Assembly: GCA_963719315.1 (NCBI GenBank)
Contig: CAVRBU010000004.1
Coordinates: 480,001 to 544,000, forward strand
DNA: 64,000 bases
Direction: 5' to 3'
Origin: an uncultured Planctomycetota bacterium
Lineage (GTDB): Bacteria > Planctomycetota > Planctomycetia > Pirellulales > Lacipirellulaceae
The translations under genes and the position numbers were made by a program. Under the pieces are notes generated by a model that saw nothing but the letters and a program-made list of their open reading frames with translations, was not told where the DNA came from and ran no database searches. Numbering within the stretch: position 1 is the first letter of the stretch; each line of letters starts with the position of its first letter. Shown piece by piece: positions 23,315-32,593 of the stretch.

Positions 23315-23422
23315 CCGGCGTCGGCCTCGGCATGCAGCCCCCCACGTTCCTCCGCCCCGGCCAAACCATTCGCCTGAGCGTCGAAGGCCTCGGCGAACAT
23401 CAACAACGCACGGTCGCCGACT
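23315..23422 (+). pseudogene. 108-bp direct repeat, copy 2: orphan duplicate of the FAH 3' end
   Basis: Encodes GVGLGMQPPTFLRPGQTIRLSVEGLGEHQQRTVAD without the upstream gene. Confidence 0.85.
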
Positions 23423-23464
23423 GGTGCTTTGTCAAAGCTTAGTTTTCGGATTAACCGCGGGGCG

Positions 23465-23598
23465 CTAGTGCTTTGTCACAGCTTGATCTTGGGATTAGCC
23501 GCGGGGCGCTAGCCCCCGGTTGGAGCGGCACAAACCGGGGGCTAGCGCCCTGCGGCTGATGCGCCCAACCCCAGTTTTTAGCTGTGACAAAGCACTAG
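23465..23598. mobile_element. 134-bp MITE with perfect 19-bp TIRs (including terminal CTAG), nested in a degenerate copy of itself (23421..~23633)
   Basis: CTAGTGCTTTGTCACAGCT ... AGCTGTGACAAAGCACTAG; internal palindrome CCGCGGGGCGCTAGCCCCCGGTT/AACCGGGGGCTAGCGCCCTGCGG. Confidence 0.8.
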
Positions 23599-23774
23599 CC
23601 CCAGTTTTCCGGCAAAAAACCGGACGCTAGCCGAGCCCATGGGAATCTCATCCGAGTCACTCAATTCGCCAGCTAGCACGAATCAGCTACTTGCCTTGCC
23701 GGCGATTCAGCGGGCGAATATACTCCGCGGCCCAAATTCTCGGACGATTCCGCGCTCAGCAAGGAGGCTGACGC

Positions 23775-25072
23775 ATGATGTTTTCAGCTCGCACGTTGGC
23801 CATCGCCTTGATCGCAGTATCGGTTGCTTTCGTCAGTCGGATGGCCGTCGCGCAATCCGACAGTGGATGGAAGGCTTCGGCGCCGGCAGCTCACGATATA
23901 GCAGTACCGGCAGCGGCGATCAAAAACCTATTCCGCTCGCGCCCGCGGCAAGCAACCAGCCGGCGGCAGCGCCGAATGGTCGACCGCCGGGCGACATCAC
24001 GCCCGTGGAAGGCGCTCTTGCGCCGATTGATCCGGGGATTACGCGAGCGCGCGTTACGAAGGGTAGCGGCGCGTTGCCGCAAGATGGTGGGCAGGTGTGG
24101 CGCGAGTACGACATTCGACCTTACACGCTGCGCGTGACCACGACCGCCCGGCCCGAGCAGGCCATCGTGGATTGGATCTTGCGCGAGACGGGCTACGAAG
24201 CGTGGCATTCCGATCCGGTCGGGCTATTGAGCGCCAATCGCGAGACGCTCCGCGTGTATCACACGCCGGAGATGCAGGCGATCGTCGCCGATATCGTGGA
24301 CCGATTCGTGAACTCCGCGGCGAGCAATTACGCCTTTACGCTCCGCGTGGCGACCGTGGGCAACCCGAACTGGCGGGCCAAAGCGCTGCCGATGATGACG
24401 CCGATCCCCGTACAATCGCCCGGCATTCAGGGCTGGCTATTGGCCAAGGAAAATGCGCGGCTACTGGTCTCGGAACTGAGCCGGCGGACCGATTACCGCG
24501 AATACAACTCGCCGCAACAGCTCGTCAACAATGGCCAATCGATCGTTCTCTCGACGATGCGGCCGCGGAGTTACATTCGCAGCGCGGTGATTACGCAGGC
24601 CGCATGGCCCGGTTATCAGCCCGAGATGGGCACGATCGAGGAAGGTTTTTCGCTGGAGTTCAGCCCGCTGCTGGCGCTGGACTTGTCGTCGGCCGACGCG
24701 GTCGTGAAGTTGCGGCTGAACCAGGTGGAAAAGATGCTGCCGGTGAAGCTGGAGCTGCCGACGACAGTGGCCCCGAACCAACGAGTGCAGATCGACGTGC
24801 CGCAGATGACGTCGTCGAATTTGCACGAGCGATTCCGCTGGCCGACCGACAAAGTGCTGCTGTTAAGCATGGGCGTCGTCGCCACGCCGGGCCCGACGAA
24901 AGACAACCCCGTCACCGACGCGGTTAAAGATGCGATGCCGATTCTCAAGAGTCCGCCGCGAGCCGATGCCCTGCTCTTCGTGGAGAGTGCCGGCGTGGTT
25001 GCGCCCTCTCCGCAACCCGTCGCTGCTCGCGCGGCCAGCTTGCCGCAGCAGTCGTTCCAAGGGCGATATTAG
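23775..25072 (+). CDS. Secreted planctomycete conserved hypothetical protein (apparent frameshift near 23920)
   Basis: Signal peptide in 23775 frame; body GQVWREYDIRPYT...AIVDWILRETG in 23639..25072 frame. Confidence 0.65.
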
Positions 25073-25119
25073 GTGAGTCACGCCGGCGCCGCTGGTGACG
25101 CATAAATAACGATTGGAAT

Positions 25120-25216
25120 AGACAAGGAGAGGGGGAGACAAGGAGACAATGTAGATTCATTGATAACGCCCTGTCGATGAATCTCCTTGTCTCCCCCTCT
25201 CCTTGTCTCCTTGTCT
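25120..25216. repeat. Octamer (GACAAGGA) tandem inverted repeat, copy 1
   Basis: GACAAGGAGAGGGGGAGACAAGGAGACAA ... TCTCCTTGTCTCCCCCTCTCCTTGTCTCCTTGTCT; second copy at 59275..59370. Confidence 0.85.
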
Positions 25217-25275
25217 GGTTGTCTCGTACACCGCTGCTGATTCGATGGCCCGATTGTGTTATGTTGAACGCACCC

Positions 25276-26595
25276 ATGAGTTCACCCGCACAAGACCGCC
25301 GCGTTGTGATTACCGGCCTGGGGCTGATTTCGCCGCTGGGCAACACGCCGGCCGCGCTGTGGAGTGCGCTGATGGCTGGCCAGAGCGGTGTGGCGACGAC
25401 GACGCTCATGCCGCCCGACGGCCAGCCGCTGAAGTTTGCGGGCGAGGCCCGCGAGTTTACCGGCGATATCGAGAACTTCGGGCCGCTCGAGAAGGAACGC
25501 AAGAAAGCCATCAAGAAGGGCCTCAAGGTGATGTGCCGCGAAACGCGGATGGCCGTGGCTGCCGCGCAATTGGCAATCGCCGACGCGGGGTTTGCCGAGA
25601 AGCCGATGGATCCGGAAACGTCCGGCGTCGTGCTGGGCAGCGACTACATGCTCACGATGCCAGATGATTATTCGCTGGGCATGAAGACGTGCGCCCCCGA
25701 GGGCGAGTTTCAGTTCACGAAGTGGGGCAAAGAGGGGCTCGGCGACATGGCCCCGCTGTGGATGCTCAAGTATTTGCCGAACATGCCGGCTAGCCACATC
25801 GCGATTTACAACGATCTGCGCGGGCCGAACAATTCGCTGACCATGCGCGAGGCGGCCGGCAATCTGGCGATCGGCGAGGCGTTCCGCACGATCCAGCGCG
25901 GCCATGCGAACATGATGGTGGCGGGCGCAACGGGCACGCGGATTCTGCCGATGCAGGCGATTCACGCCTTGCAAACCGAACAAATGGCGGCCGAGAACGG
26001 CGACCCCGCGAAGGCCAGCCGCCCGTTCGACCGCGAGCGGACGGGCATGGTCGCCGGCGAAGGGGCCGGGATGGTTGTGCTGGAAGAGTACGAATCGGCC
26101 AAATCGCGCGGCGCGACGATCTATGCCGAAGTCCTCGGCCTAGGCAGCGCGAATGTCGCCGATGAAACATTGCATGGCAAGTGCGACGTGGCGCTGGAGC
26201 GCGCGATGAACGCTGCCCTGCGAGATTCGGGAAAGTCGCCGGCCGATATCGGCCACATCAACGCCCACGGCCTGAGCACGACCGATCGCGATGCGGATGA
26301 AGCCCGCGCAATACGAGCGGTGCTCGGCGCGCGGGCTGATGAGGTGCCGGTCACAGCACTGAAAAGCTATTTCGGTAACCTGGGTGCGGGTAGCGGCGTG
26401 GTCGAATTGATTGCCAGCGTGCTCGCTTTGAGGGACGGCCGGCTGCCGCGCGTGCTGAATTACAAAACACCCGATCCCGCTTGCGAAATACCGATTGCGG
26501 CCGACGACGGTGCGCCAAGCGGCCGCAGCTTCTTGAATTTGAGTGTGACGCCGCAAGGCCAGGCGGCCGTCCTATCTATTGCCGCAGTCGATTAG
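25276..26595 (+). CDS. FabF-like beta-ketoacyl-ACP synthase homologue lacking the catalytic Cys (chain-length-factor-like)
   Basis: RRVVITGLGLISPLG, GPNNSLTMREAAG, SRPFDRERTG, HINAHGLST, KSYFGNLGAG. Confidence 0.8.
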   Translation: MSSPAQDRRVVITGLGLISPLGNTPAALWSALMAGQSGVATTTLMPPDGQPLKFAGEAREFTGDIENFGPLEKERKKAIKKGLKVMCRETRMAVAAAQLAIADAGFAEKPMDPETSGVVLGSDYMLTMPDDYSLGMKTCAPEGEFQFTKWGKEGLGDMAPLWMLKYLPNMPASHIAIYNDLRGPNNSLTMREAAGNLAIGEAFRTIQRGHANMMVAGATGTRILPMQAIHALQTEQMAAENGDPAKASRPFDRERTGMVAGEGAGMVVLEEYESAKSRGATIYAEVLGLGSANVADETLHGKCDVALERAMNAALRDSGKSPADIGHINAHGLSTTDRDADEARAIRAVLGARADEVPVTALKSYFGNLGAGSGVVELIASVLALRDGRLPRVLNYKTPDPACEIPIAADDGAPSGRSFLNLSVTPQGQAAVLSIAAVD

Positions 26596-26680
26596 GCGGA
26601 AGAGTTCCCCTATCCTACACATCTTGCCTGCTAGCACGCTGGCTATTCTGAAGTGGGCTGTCGACTGTGGATTGGCGAAT

Positions 26681-26767
26681 AAGTAGGTACCGCTTGTCGA
26701 GCGGGTCTTGAACCTGCTTTGCTACCTTATGAAGTCGCCAAGGTCCCTTCCGGCAGAAGGGACCTAC
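26681..26767. repeat. REP doublet (GTAGGT family), copy 1
   Basis: AAGTAGGTACCGCTTGTCGAGCGGG ... AGGTCCCTTCCGGCAGAAGGGACCTAC; inverted homologue at 45355..45442. Confidence 0.75.
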
Positions 26768-26994
26768 TTCGGTGGATTGGCTTCCAATTTGGCGGAAGAG
26801 CGACCTATTCGTGCACGACCGCCCTCGCTCATTGTACGCATCGCCGCTATCACCCATTCCAGCGGGCGTTTCCTGCGCGTGGTATGAAATTCGCAGTTGA
26901 ATAGCCCTACTATGCTTTGGAACTTTGCGCACCTAGCATGAGTAGTATCGAATCGCGGTGCGTTTTAACCACCTTCCTTGCTTGGAGCGAAATT

Positions 26995-27420
26995 ATGAGC
27001 ACGCAAGAAAAAGTCATGGGAAATTGGAATCAATTAAAAGGCAAAATCAAACAGCGTTGGGGCCAACTGACAGATGATGAGTTGCAAGAGGTCGAAGGCA
27101 ACATCGACCAACTGATCGGCCTGGTGCAGCAAAAGACGGGCGAGGCGCGGCAGCACGTCGAACGCGTAATCTCCAAACTCAATGAGGACACGGGGGGAGC
27201 GTTCATGCAGGCCACCGAAACCGTGCGCGAATACGCCGATCAGGCGACCGAAACCCTGCGCGGCGCTGCCGATCAGCTTCGCGAGCGTACCCGCGAAGGC
27301 TACGAAGAGGCTCAAGAGATGATGCGTCGTCGGCCGGCCGAATCGGTCGCCGTCGCGTTCGGCACGGGACTGGTGGTGGGCGTGATCGTGGGCCTCATTG
27401 CAGGCTCGCGCAATAGTTGA
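26995..27420 (+). CDS. CsbD family stress protein with DUF883-like C-terminal anchor
   Basis: GNWNQLKGKIKQRWGQLTDDEL; RRPAESVAVAFGTGLVVG. Confidence 0.85.
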   Translation: MSTQEKVMGNWNQLKGKIKQRWGQLTDDELQEVEGNIDQLIGLVQQKTGEARQHVERVISKLNEDTGGAFMQATETVREYADQATETLRGAADQLRERTREGYEEAQEMMRRRPAESVAVAFGTGLVVGVIVGLIAGSRNS

Positions 27421-27550
27421 CGCCGGATGACTGCGGTGGAGCGCAGCGAAGCCTCAGCCACGCTGGGGGCTCAGCGACGGCTCGACCCCAGCCACCCAGC
27501 CAAGCGTCGTAGTTACGATTCACGGACCGAGATTCAGAAAGGGACATTCC

Positions 27551-27940
27551 ATGGCAGCAAATCAGATCTCGAATCAGAGAAACAAGTTGGGTGGGCAGCA
27601 ACAAGGAGCGCCTTCGAAACGAAAGCAATCTGCAATGTCGGAGGAACCGCAACACGATTACGGCTCGATGGGCGAATTGGCCGAGCAGGCGTCCGATTAC
27701 GTCGAGCGGGGGCGATCGCATGTCCGTGAACTCGCACGTGGGCGTGAGGGTGCGGCCGTCGCCATCGCATTTGCGGCCGGGCTCGGCGTCGGGCTCGCCA
27801 TTGGCGGAGGGCTGGTCCGGTCGTATCGGCAGCCGCGAACTTGGCGCGACCGCCTGACCGAGGAAGGCCTTGGCCGCCGGTTGATGGATCGCCTGGAACG
27901 CATGGTTCCGGATGCGCTGGCCGAGCATTTTGCGAAGTAA
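27551..27940 (+). CDS. DUF883/ElaB/YqjD-like membrane-anchored protein
   Basis: Helical body plus AVAIAFAAGLGVGLAIG anchor. Confidence 0.6.
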   Translation: MAANQISNQRNKLGGQQQGAPSKRKQSAMSEEPQHDYGSMGELAEQASDYVERGRSHVRELARGREGAAVAIAFAAGLGVGLAIGGGLVRSYRQPRTWRDRLTEEGLGRRLMDRLERMVPDALAEHFAK

Positions 27941-28048
27941 GGAGCGGAGCCGGATTTTTCAAAGAACGCTGTCCAGCGGCCGTTCGGTTTGAGTAAAATG
28001 AAATGAGAGGACAAACGCTTCGCCCAATGACCAATTCGAGAGACCGCC

Positions 28049-28534
28049 GTGACGCCCGATGATTCCGCCGAATCGATTCGCAAACGGATGGCCGAGCTGC
28101 GCCGCGAACTCACGTGCGATGTACGCGACGTGAGCCGCAGCGCGCGGCAGATGACCAATCCGCTGTACTACATGCGGCGTTTTCCCTGGGCCAGCGCGGC
28201 CGCGGCGGCGGCGATTGGTTATTTGCTGGTGCCGAAAAAGAAGCACATCATCAAACCCGATCCGGAGATGTTGGCCGAGTTGCTGAAGAAGCATCAGATC
28301 AACTTGGAGAACGTGAAAGCGGCGAGCGATTCGCCGGGAATGCTCAAGAGCCTGGCAGTGATGGGGCTGACTTGGGCCGTGCGAACCGGTCTGGCATATG
28401 CAGGTCAGCAGTTGGCGGCGGCCGCCACTCGAAATGATGAGGGTCATGTGGACCGCGAGGATCACGCCCAAGCCGACGAGCCTCATCCGCCGGCGCCCGA
28501 TCCCGTCGCGGAGCCTTGGAACACGACATGGTGA
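28049..28534 (+). CDS. Hypothetical membrane protein (DUF3618/YqjK-like)
   Basis: IRKRMAELRRELT...RRFPWASAAAAAAIGYLLVP. Confidence 0.55.
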   Translation: MTPDDSAESIRKRMAELRRELTCDVRDVSRSARQMTNPLYYMRRFPWASAAAAAAIGYLLVPKKKHIIKPDPEMLAELLKKHQINLENVKAASDSPGMLKSLAVMGLTWAVRTGLAYAGQQLAAAATRNDEGHVDREDHAQADEPHPPAPDPVAEPWNTTW

Positions 28535-28538
28535 TACG

Positions 28539-28751
28539 ATGCGAGAAAGTCCCGTCAATCGATTGGAAACAGCCTGGCCTCCTAACCCGCCTGCTCACGA
28601 TTTAATCTCCGATGAGCGCAGTTCGTGGAGCGATGCGGCCAGGTCTTGGGAAGAAACGCTGGAAACATTCGTCACGGACCATCCCCGGCTGTCGCTGGGC
28701 GTGGCCGTGACTTGCGGTTTAGTCCTGGGTTGGATGGTGAAACGCAAATGA
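28539..28751 (+). CDS. Small DUF883-like membrane protein
   Basis: FVTDHPRLSLGVAVTCGLVLGWMVKRK; stop overlaps next start (ATGA). Confidence 0.6.
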   Translation: MRESPVNRLETAWPPNPPAHDLISDERSSWSDAARSWEETLETFVTDHPRLSLGVAVTCGLVLGWMVKRK

Positions 28752-29191
28752 GCACGAACGGACGAGCGCGAAATAACGAGCCGAACGTCGCCGCTAGCTT
28801 TTCAGACTTGGCGCACGACGTGATCGAGTTGACCGAGTTGCAGGCCAATCTGTTTGCGCTGGATGTGAAAGACACGTCGCGGAGCACGCGGACGGCGCTC
28901 ATCTTGGGCGTATCCGGCGTGGTGGTGCTGCTGGGTACGATTCCGGTGGCACTCGTTTCGCTGGCCGCGTTGTTGATCGAGCAGCTCGGTTGGTCGAACG
29001 CGGCCGGTTTCGGCGCGGCGACGCTGGTCGGCGTTCTGCTCGGCGCCGGCATACTGGCGGCCGCCTGGTCGCGATTCCGCACGAGCGCCGTAACGTTGCA
29101 TCGATCGCGCGACGAACTAAGACGCAACATCGCCTGGGTGAAGTCGAGCTTGCGAAATCGGGCCCAGCTCAACCCAGCGGAAGAGAATTAA
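28748..29191 (+). CDS. Phage holin superfamily III / YqjE-like membrane protein
   Basis: SFSDLAHDVIELTELQANLF, two TM helices, SRDELRRNIAW. Confidence 0.7.
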   Translation: MSTNGRARNNEPNVAASFSDLAHDVIELTELQANLFALDVKDTSRSTRTALILGVSGVVVLLGTIPVALVSLAALLIEQLGWSNAAGFGAATLVGVLLGAGILAAAWSRFRTSAVTLHRSRDELRRNIAWVKSSLRNRAQLNPAEEN

Positions 29192-29275
29192 CGACAGGAA
29201 TAGAAAACCGATTGCTGCGGCCGCTCAGTGGCGGTCGATTCAAAATCACGCCCCCGAATAATAAGGAGAACGAAC

Positions 29276-29470
29276 ATGGCCAGTACGCAAACCGCTCGCA
29301 AGATGACGAATTCCCGCCAGCATACGCCGCAGCGCGAAACCGATCCGGCCGAAATGGGCCGCGACTTCGTGCAATACTTGCGCGAGTACGCCAAGGAGAA
29401 TCCGGAAACTGCCGCGCTGTGGTGCTTCGGCATCGGCTTCGTGCTGGGATGGAAGCTGAAGCTGTGGTAG
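29276..29470 (+). CDS. Small DUF883-like membrane protein
   Basis: AAGGAG RBS; YAKENPETAALWCFGIGFVLGWKLKLW. Confidence 0.65.
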   Translation: MASTQTARKMTNSRQHTPQRETDPAEMGRDFVQYLREYAKENPETAALWCFGIGFVLGWKLKLW

Positions 29471-29476
29471 GCGCGT

Positions 29477-29790
29477 GGGTGCCTCTGGCTCCGCCAGTGC
29501 TCTGCTTGCCAATAGCTTGCCGCAGAGATCCAATCTGCCACACTCCAACTTCGTAAAGTCAATCGCAAGCTAGTTCGTGCTCGAACGATTAACGCGATCG
29601 GTGGTGTTATGAAGAAGCACTGGCGGAGCCAGTGGCACCCGGCGTTTTGAAGAAGCACTGGCGGAGCCAGTGGCACCCGGCGTTTTGAAGAAGCACTGGC
29701 AGAGCCAGTGGCACTTGGCGTGCGGGCTCCAATCCATTTATTTGCGGCAGATTCTGGAGACCCGCGCACAACCAGCAGTGGCACCCGGCG
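29477..29790. repeat. REP cluster: three tandem 38-bp units (29611, 29649, 29687) plus an inverted copy and a partial copy
   Basis: Unit GAAGAAGCACTGGCGGAGCCAGTGGCACCCGGCGTTTT with hairpin CACTGGC-GGA-GCCAGTG; inverted copy at 29477. Confidence 0.85.
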
Positions 29791-29807
29791 TGCAACAAGG
29801 TTGGCGG

Positions 29808-30143
29808 CTAATTACCGGCGCGGTACTTGATGACCTGTACGCGTTCGAGCGTTACGAGACCTTCTTGCACCATTTCGTCGACGTGTGGCATGAACTCGTC
29901 GATCTTTTCCTTCGCGTCGACGATCTCGACCACGATCGGCAGGTCTTCGGAGAGTCGCAATATCTTCGCCGTGTGCAACCGGCTTTTTGCGCCGAAACCC
30001 ATCGGGCCGCGAATCACCGTCGCGCCGGCCAGATGCAGCTCGCGGGCTTTGAGCACGATGGCTTCGTAGAGCGGCCTGCCCTGCCAGTGATCGCTCTCGC
30101 CGATGAAAATGCGGAGCAAGTAGCCGTCTTGTGGGATTTTCAT
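29808..30143 (-). CDS. DUF190 (PII-like) protein
   Basis: LLRIFIGESDHWQGRPLYEAIV...LSEDLPIVVEIVD; adjacent to crcB. Confidence 0.9.
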   Translation of the reverse strand: MKIPQDGYLLRIFIGESDHWQGRPLYEAIVLKARELHLAGATVIRGPMGFGAKSRLHTAKILRLSEDLPIVVEIVDAKEKIDEFMPHVDEMVQEGLVTLERVQVIKYRAGN

Positions 30144-30146
30144 GGA

Positions 30147-30530
30147 TCAGACTCCGTACCAATACTCGGCCGCGCGATAACCGATCCAAACGGCAAGCAA
30201 CCCAAGCGTGCAACTAGAGAAGATGTTGAGGGCGGCCAAAGCAAATTGCCCCGCGTTCATGAGCGTGAAGGACTCCAAGCCGAACGTCGAGAAGGTGGTA
30301 AAACCGCCCAAGATGCCGACTAGCAGGCCGATGCGGTATTCTTCGCGGATCAAAACGGGCCCGGTAAAAAGGGCGGTCAAGAAACCGATCACGAGGCAGC
30401 CCAGGACGTTTACGGCGAGCGTGCCCGCGGGAAAGCTGCCGTTTGCGGCGCGCTGCACCCAACCCTGGATCGCGTAGCGCAGGATCGACCCGAATGCGCC
30501 ACCTGCCGCGATTAACAGCCACTTGGTCAT
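30147..30530 (-). CDS. crcB: Fluoride efflux channel Fluc/CrcB
   Basis: GGAFGSILRY, GTLAVNVLGC, GILGGFTTFSTF. Confidence 0.95.
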   Translation of the reverse strand: MTKWLLIAAGGAFGSILRYAIQGWVQRAANGSFPAGTLAVNVLGCLVIGFLTALFTGPVLIREEYRIGLLVGILGGFTTFSTFGLESFTLMNAGQFALAALNIFSSCTLGLLAVWIGYRAAEYWYGV

Positions 30531-30613
30531 ACGCTACTCTACATAGTCGACTTGGCACTCTAGTATCGGCCGACCGACCCGCGTTAGCAACGTGGCCCGA
30601 GAGTAGATTCTAC

Positions 30614-31800
30614 ATGAAATCGTCGAGCCTACCACGCGTTGTCTGGCTGCTAGGGCTCGTGAGCCTGTGCATGGACCTCTCCTCCGAGATGATCCATGCG
30701 CTGTTGCCGGTGTTTCTCGTTTCGACGCTGGGCGCGAGTACGCTGACGCTGGGATTGATCGAAGGCGTAGCCGAGGGGACGGCCTCGATCGCGAAGATCT
30801 TTTCGGGCGCGCTCAGCGATCGGATCGGTCGGCGAAAGCCGCTGGTGTTGTTTGGTTACGGCTTGGCCGCGCTGTCGAAGCCGCTATTTCCGCTGGCCAA
30901 TTCCGCCGGATGGGTGTTGTTCGCGCGTTTCGCGGACCGCATCGGCAAGGGAATTCGCGGCGCACCGCGCGACGCGCTCATCACGGATGCCACGTCGCCG
31001 GAGACGCGCGGCGCCGCTTTCGGGCTGCGACAGGCGCTCGATACGGCCGGCGCGTTGCTGGGGCCGGTCGTTGCCATCGGGTTGATGAGCGCGCTGGCCG
31101 GGAACGTGCGATACGTATTCTGGGTTGCCGTCGTGCCGGCATTCATTGCGGTGATAGCGCTGGCTTTCGGCGTGGACGAACCGGAGCGGCACGTCGCCAA
31201 GCGGAATGGCGCCGGCTGCCGACCTGGCACGATGCGCGGGCGCTGGGGCGTCCGTATTGGATGGTCGTGGCCATTGGAACTTTGTTCACGCTGGCTCGGT
31301 TCAGCGAAGCGTTTCTCGTGGTGCGGGCGCACGACGCGGGGCTGTCCTGGACGTGGACGCCGTTGGCGCTAGCAGTGATGAATGTCACGTATGTGATCTC
31401 GGCTTACCCGGCCGGGCGATTATCGGACCGCATCGGACGCAAGGGTCTGATGCTCATCGGCATGGGCGTGCTAATCGTGGCAGACATCGTGCTCATCACG
31501 ATGACCAGTGTGAGCGGCGTCTTGTTGGGCATCGCGTTGTGGGGGCTGCACTTGGGCCTGACGCAAGGGTTGCTCTCGGCGCTCGTGGCCGACACCGCGC
31601 CGGCGGACCTCCGCGGTTCGGCGTTCGGCGTGTTCTATTTCGTGACGGGCATTGCCGCCGTCGTCTCGAGCCTGGTGGCCGGCGGTCTGTGGGAATGGCG
31701 CGGGCCGGGGCTCACGTTTGGCGTGGGCGCCGCGTTTGCGGCCGTGTCGATCGTGGCGATGTCGGCGCAACGCGCACGCAACGCGAAAAGCACGTCGTAA
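30614..31800 (+). CDS. MFS transporter (apparent frameshift near 31205)
   Basis: DLSSEMIHALLP, GALSDRIGRRK, DRIGKGIRGAPRDALI; second half GRLSDRIGRK in the other frame. Confidence 0.85.
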
Positions 31801-31876
31801 TTCACCGGAAGGTTGACGGTGTGATTCGGGCCGATTAGGCTGGCCGCAGTGGGCCGATGTCCTCAGTGGTTGCCGT

Positions 31877-32512
31877 ATGCTGCACACTTTTGGCGATATT
31901 TTGGCAACGAAATCGCTGCGACGGCGTTCGCTGAGCGCCGCGCTGCTGGCGGCATATATCACGACGGCGGCTGGCGTTCCGCTGCCATCCGGAGCTAAGC
32001 CGCAAGCGAGCGGCGAAGCTTATCCGTGTGCGAATTGCGCGTGCGGTTGCGCGTCGGCCGAACAGTGTTGGCGGTCGTGCTGCTGCCATACGCTGGCCGA
32101 GCGGTTTGCCTGGGCGCACGAGCACAAGGTCCGCCCGCCAGAGTATGCGATCGCGCAGGCGCGCGTGGCAGGCGTTGATGTGGCGTGGCTTGGGATTCCG
32201 AATAATGTAACGTGTTGCGCCCATAAGTCGAACGACGAGCGGCCAGCATGTTGCCAAGCCCACGCGGCGTGCTGTGCGCACAAGAACGCGCAGCAACAGA
32301 AGAAAAATGGCGGCGATCGCATCGTCGCCTGGCGAGCGCTGGCTTGCCATGGTCACTCGTTGCACTGGCTGACCGCAATAACGACGCTCGTCGTCGTGCG
32401 GCCCGAAGTCTCACAGCATCTGCCGCTTGTGGCGTGGCTTGGCCCGGCGGTGTCGGATGTGGCCGAGAAGATCACAACTTATCCCGAAGTGCCCCCTCCC
32501 AAACGGGCGTGA
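31877..32512 (+). CDS. Cys-rich protein with signal/TM segment and Pro-rich C-terminal tail
   Basis: YPCANCACGCASAEQCWRSCCCHT, CCAH, CCQAHAACCAH, ALACHG, C-terminus YPEVPPPKRA. Confidence 0.7.
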   Translation: MLHTFGDILATKSLRRRSLSAALLAAYITTAAGVPLPSGAKPQASGEAYPCANCACGCASAEQCWRSCCCHTLAERFAWAHEHKVRPPEYAIAQARVAGVDVAWLGIPNNVTCCAHKSNDERPACCQAHAACCAHKNAQQQKKNGGDRIVAWRALACHGHSLHWLTAITTLVVVRPEVSQHLPLVAWLGPAVSDVAEKITTYPEVPPPKRA

Positions 32513-32593
32513 TTCACGCCGTTCTTTTGTTTTCGCTGCGTCACTCGAAGGACGACAGCTTCTTGCCATTTCACTGATTGGGAGACTTAGGTC

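Noticed and set aside
28748..29191. Prophage lysis module
   Set aside because: The holin-like family is also chromosomal (YqjE-like), and no other phage genes are nearby
29611..29720. CRISPR array
   Set aside because: Units are head-to-tail with no unique spacers and there are no cas genes; the same motif is dispersed as a REP
30531..30613. Fluoride riboswitch upstream of crcB
   Set aside because: No GGCGATG...CTGATG/CTAATG-type consensus visible in the short divergent spacer
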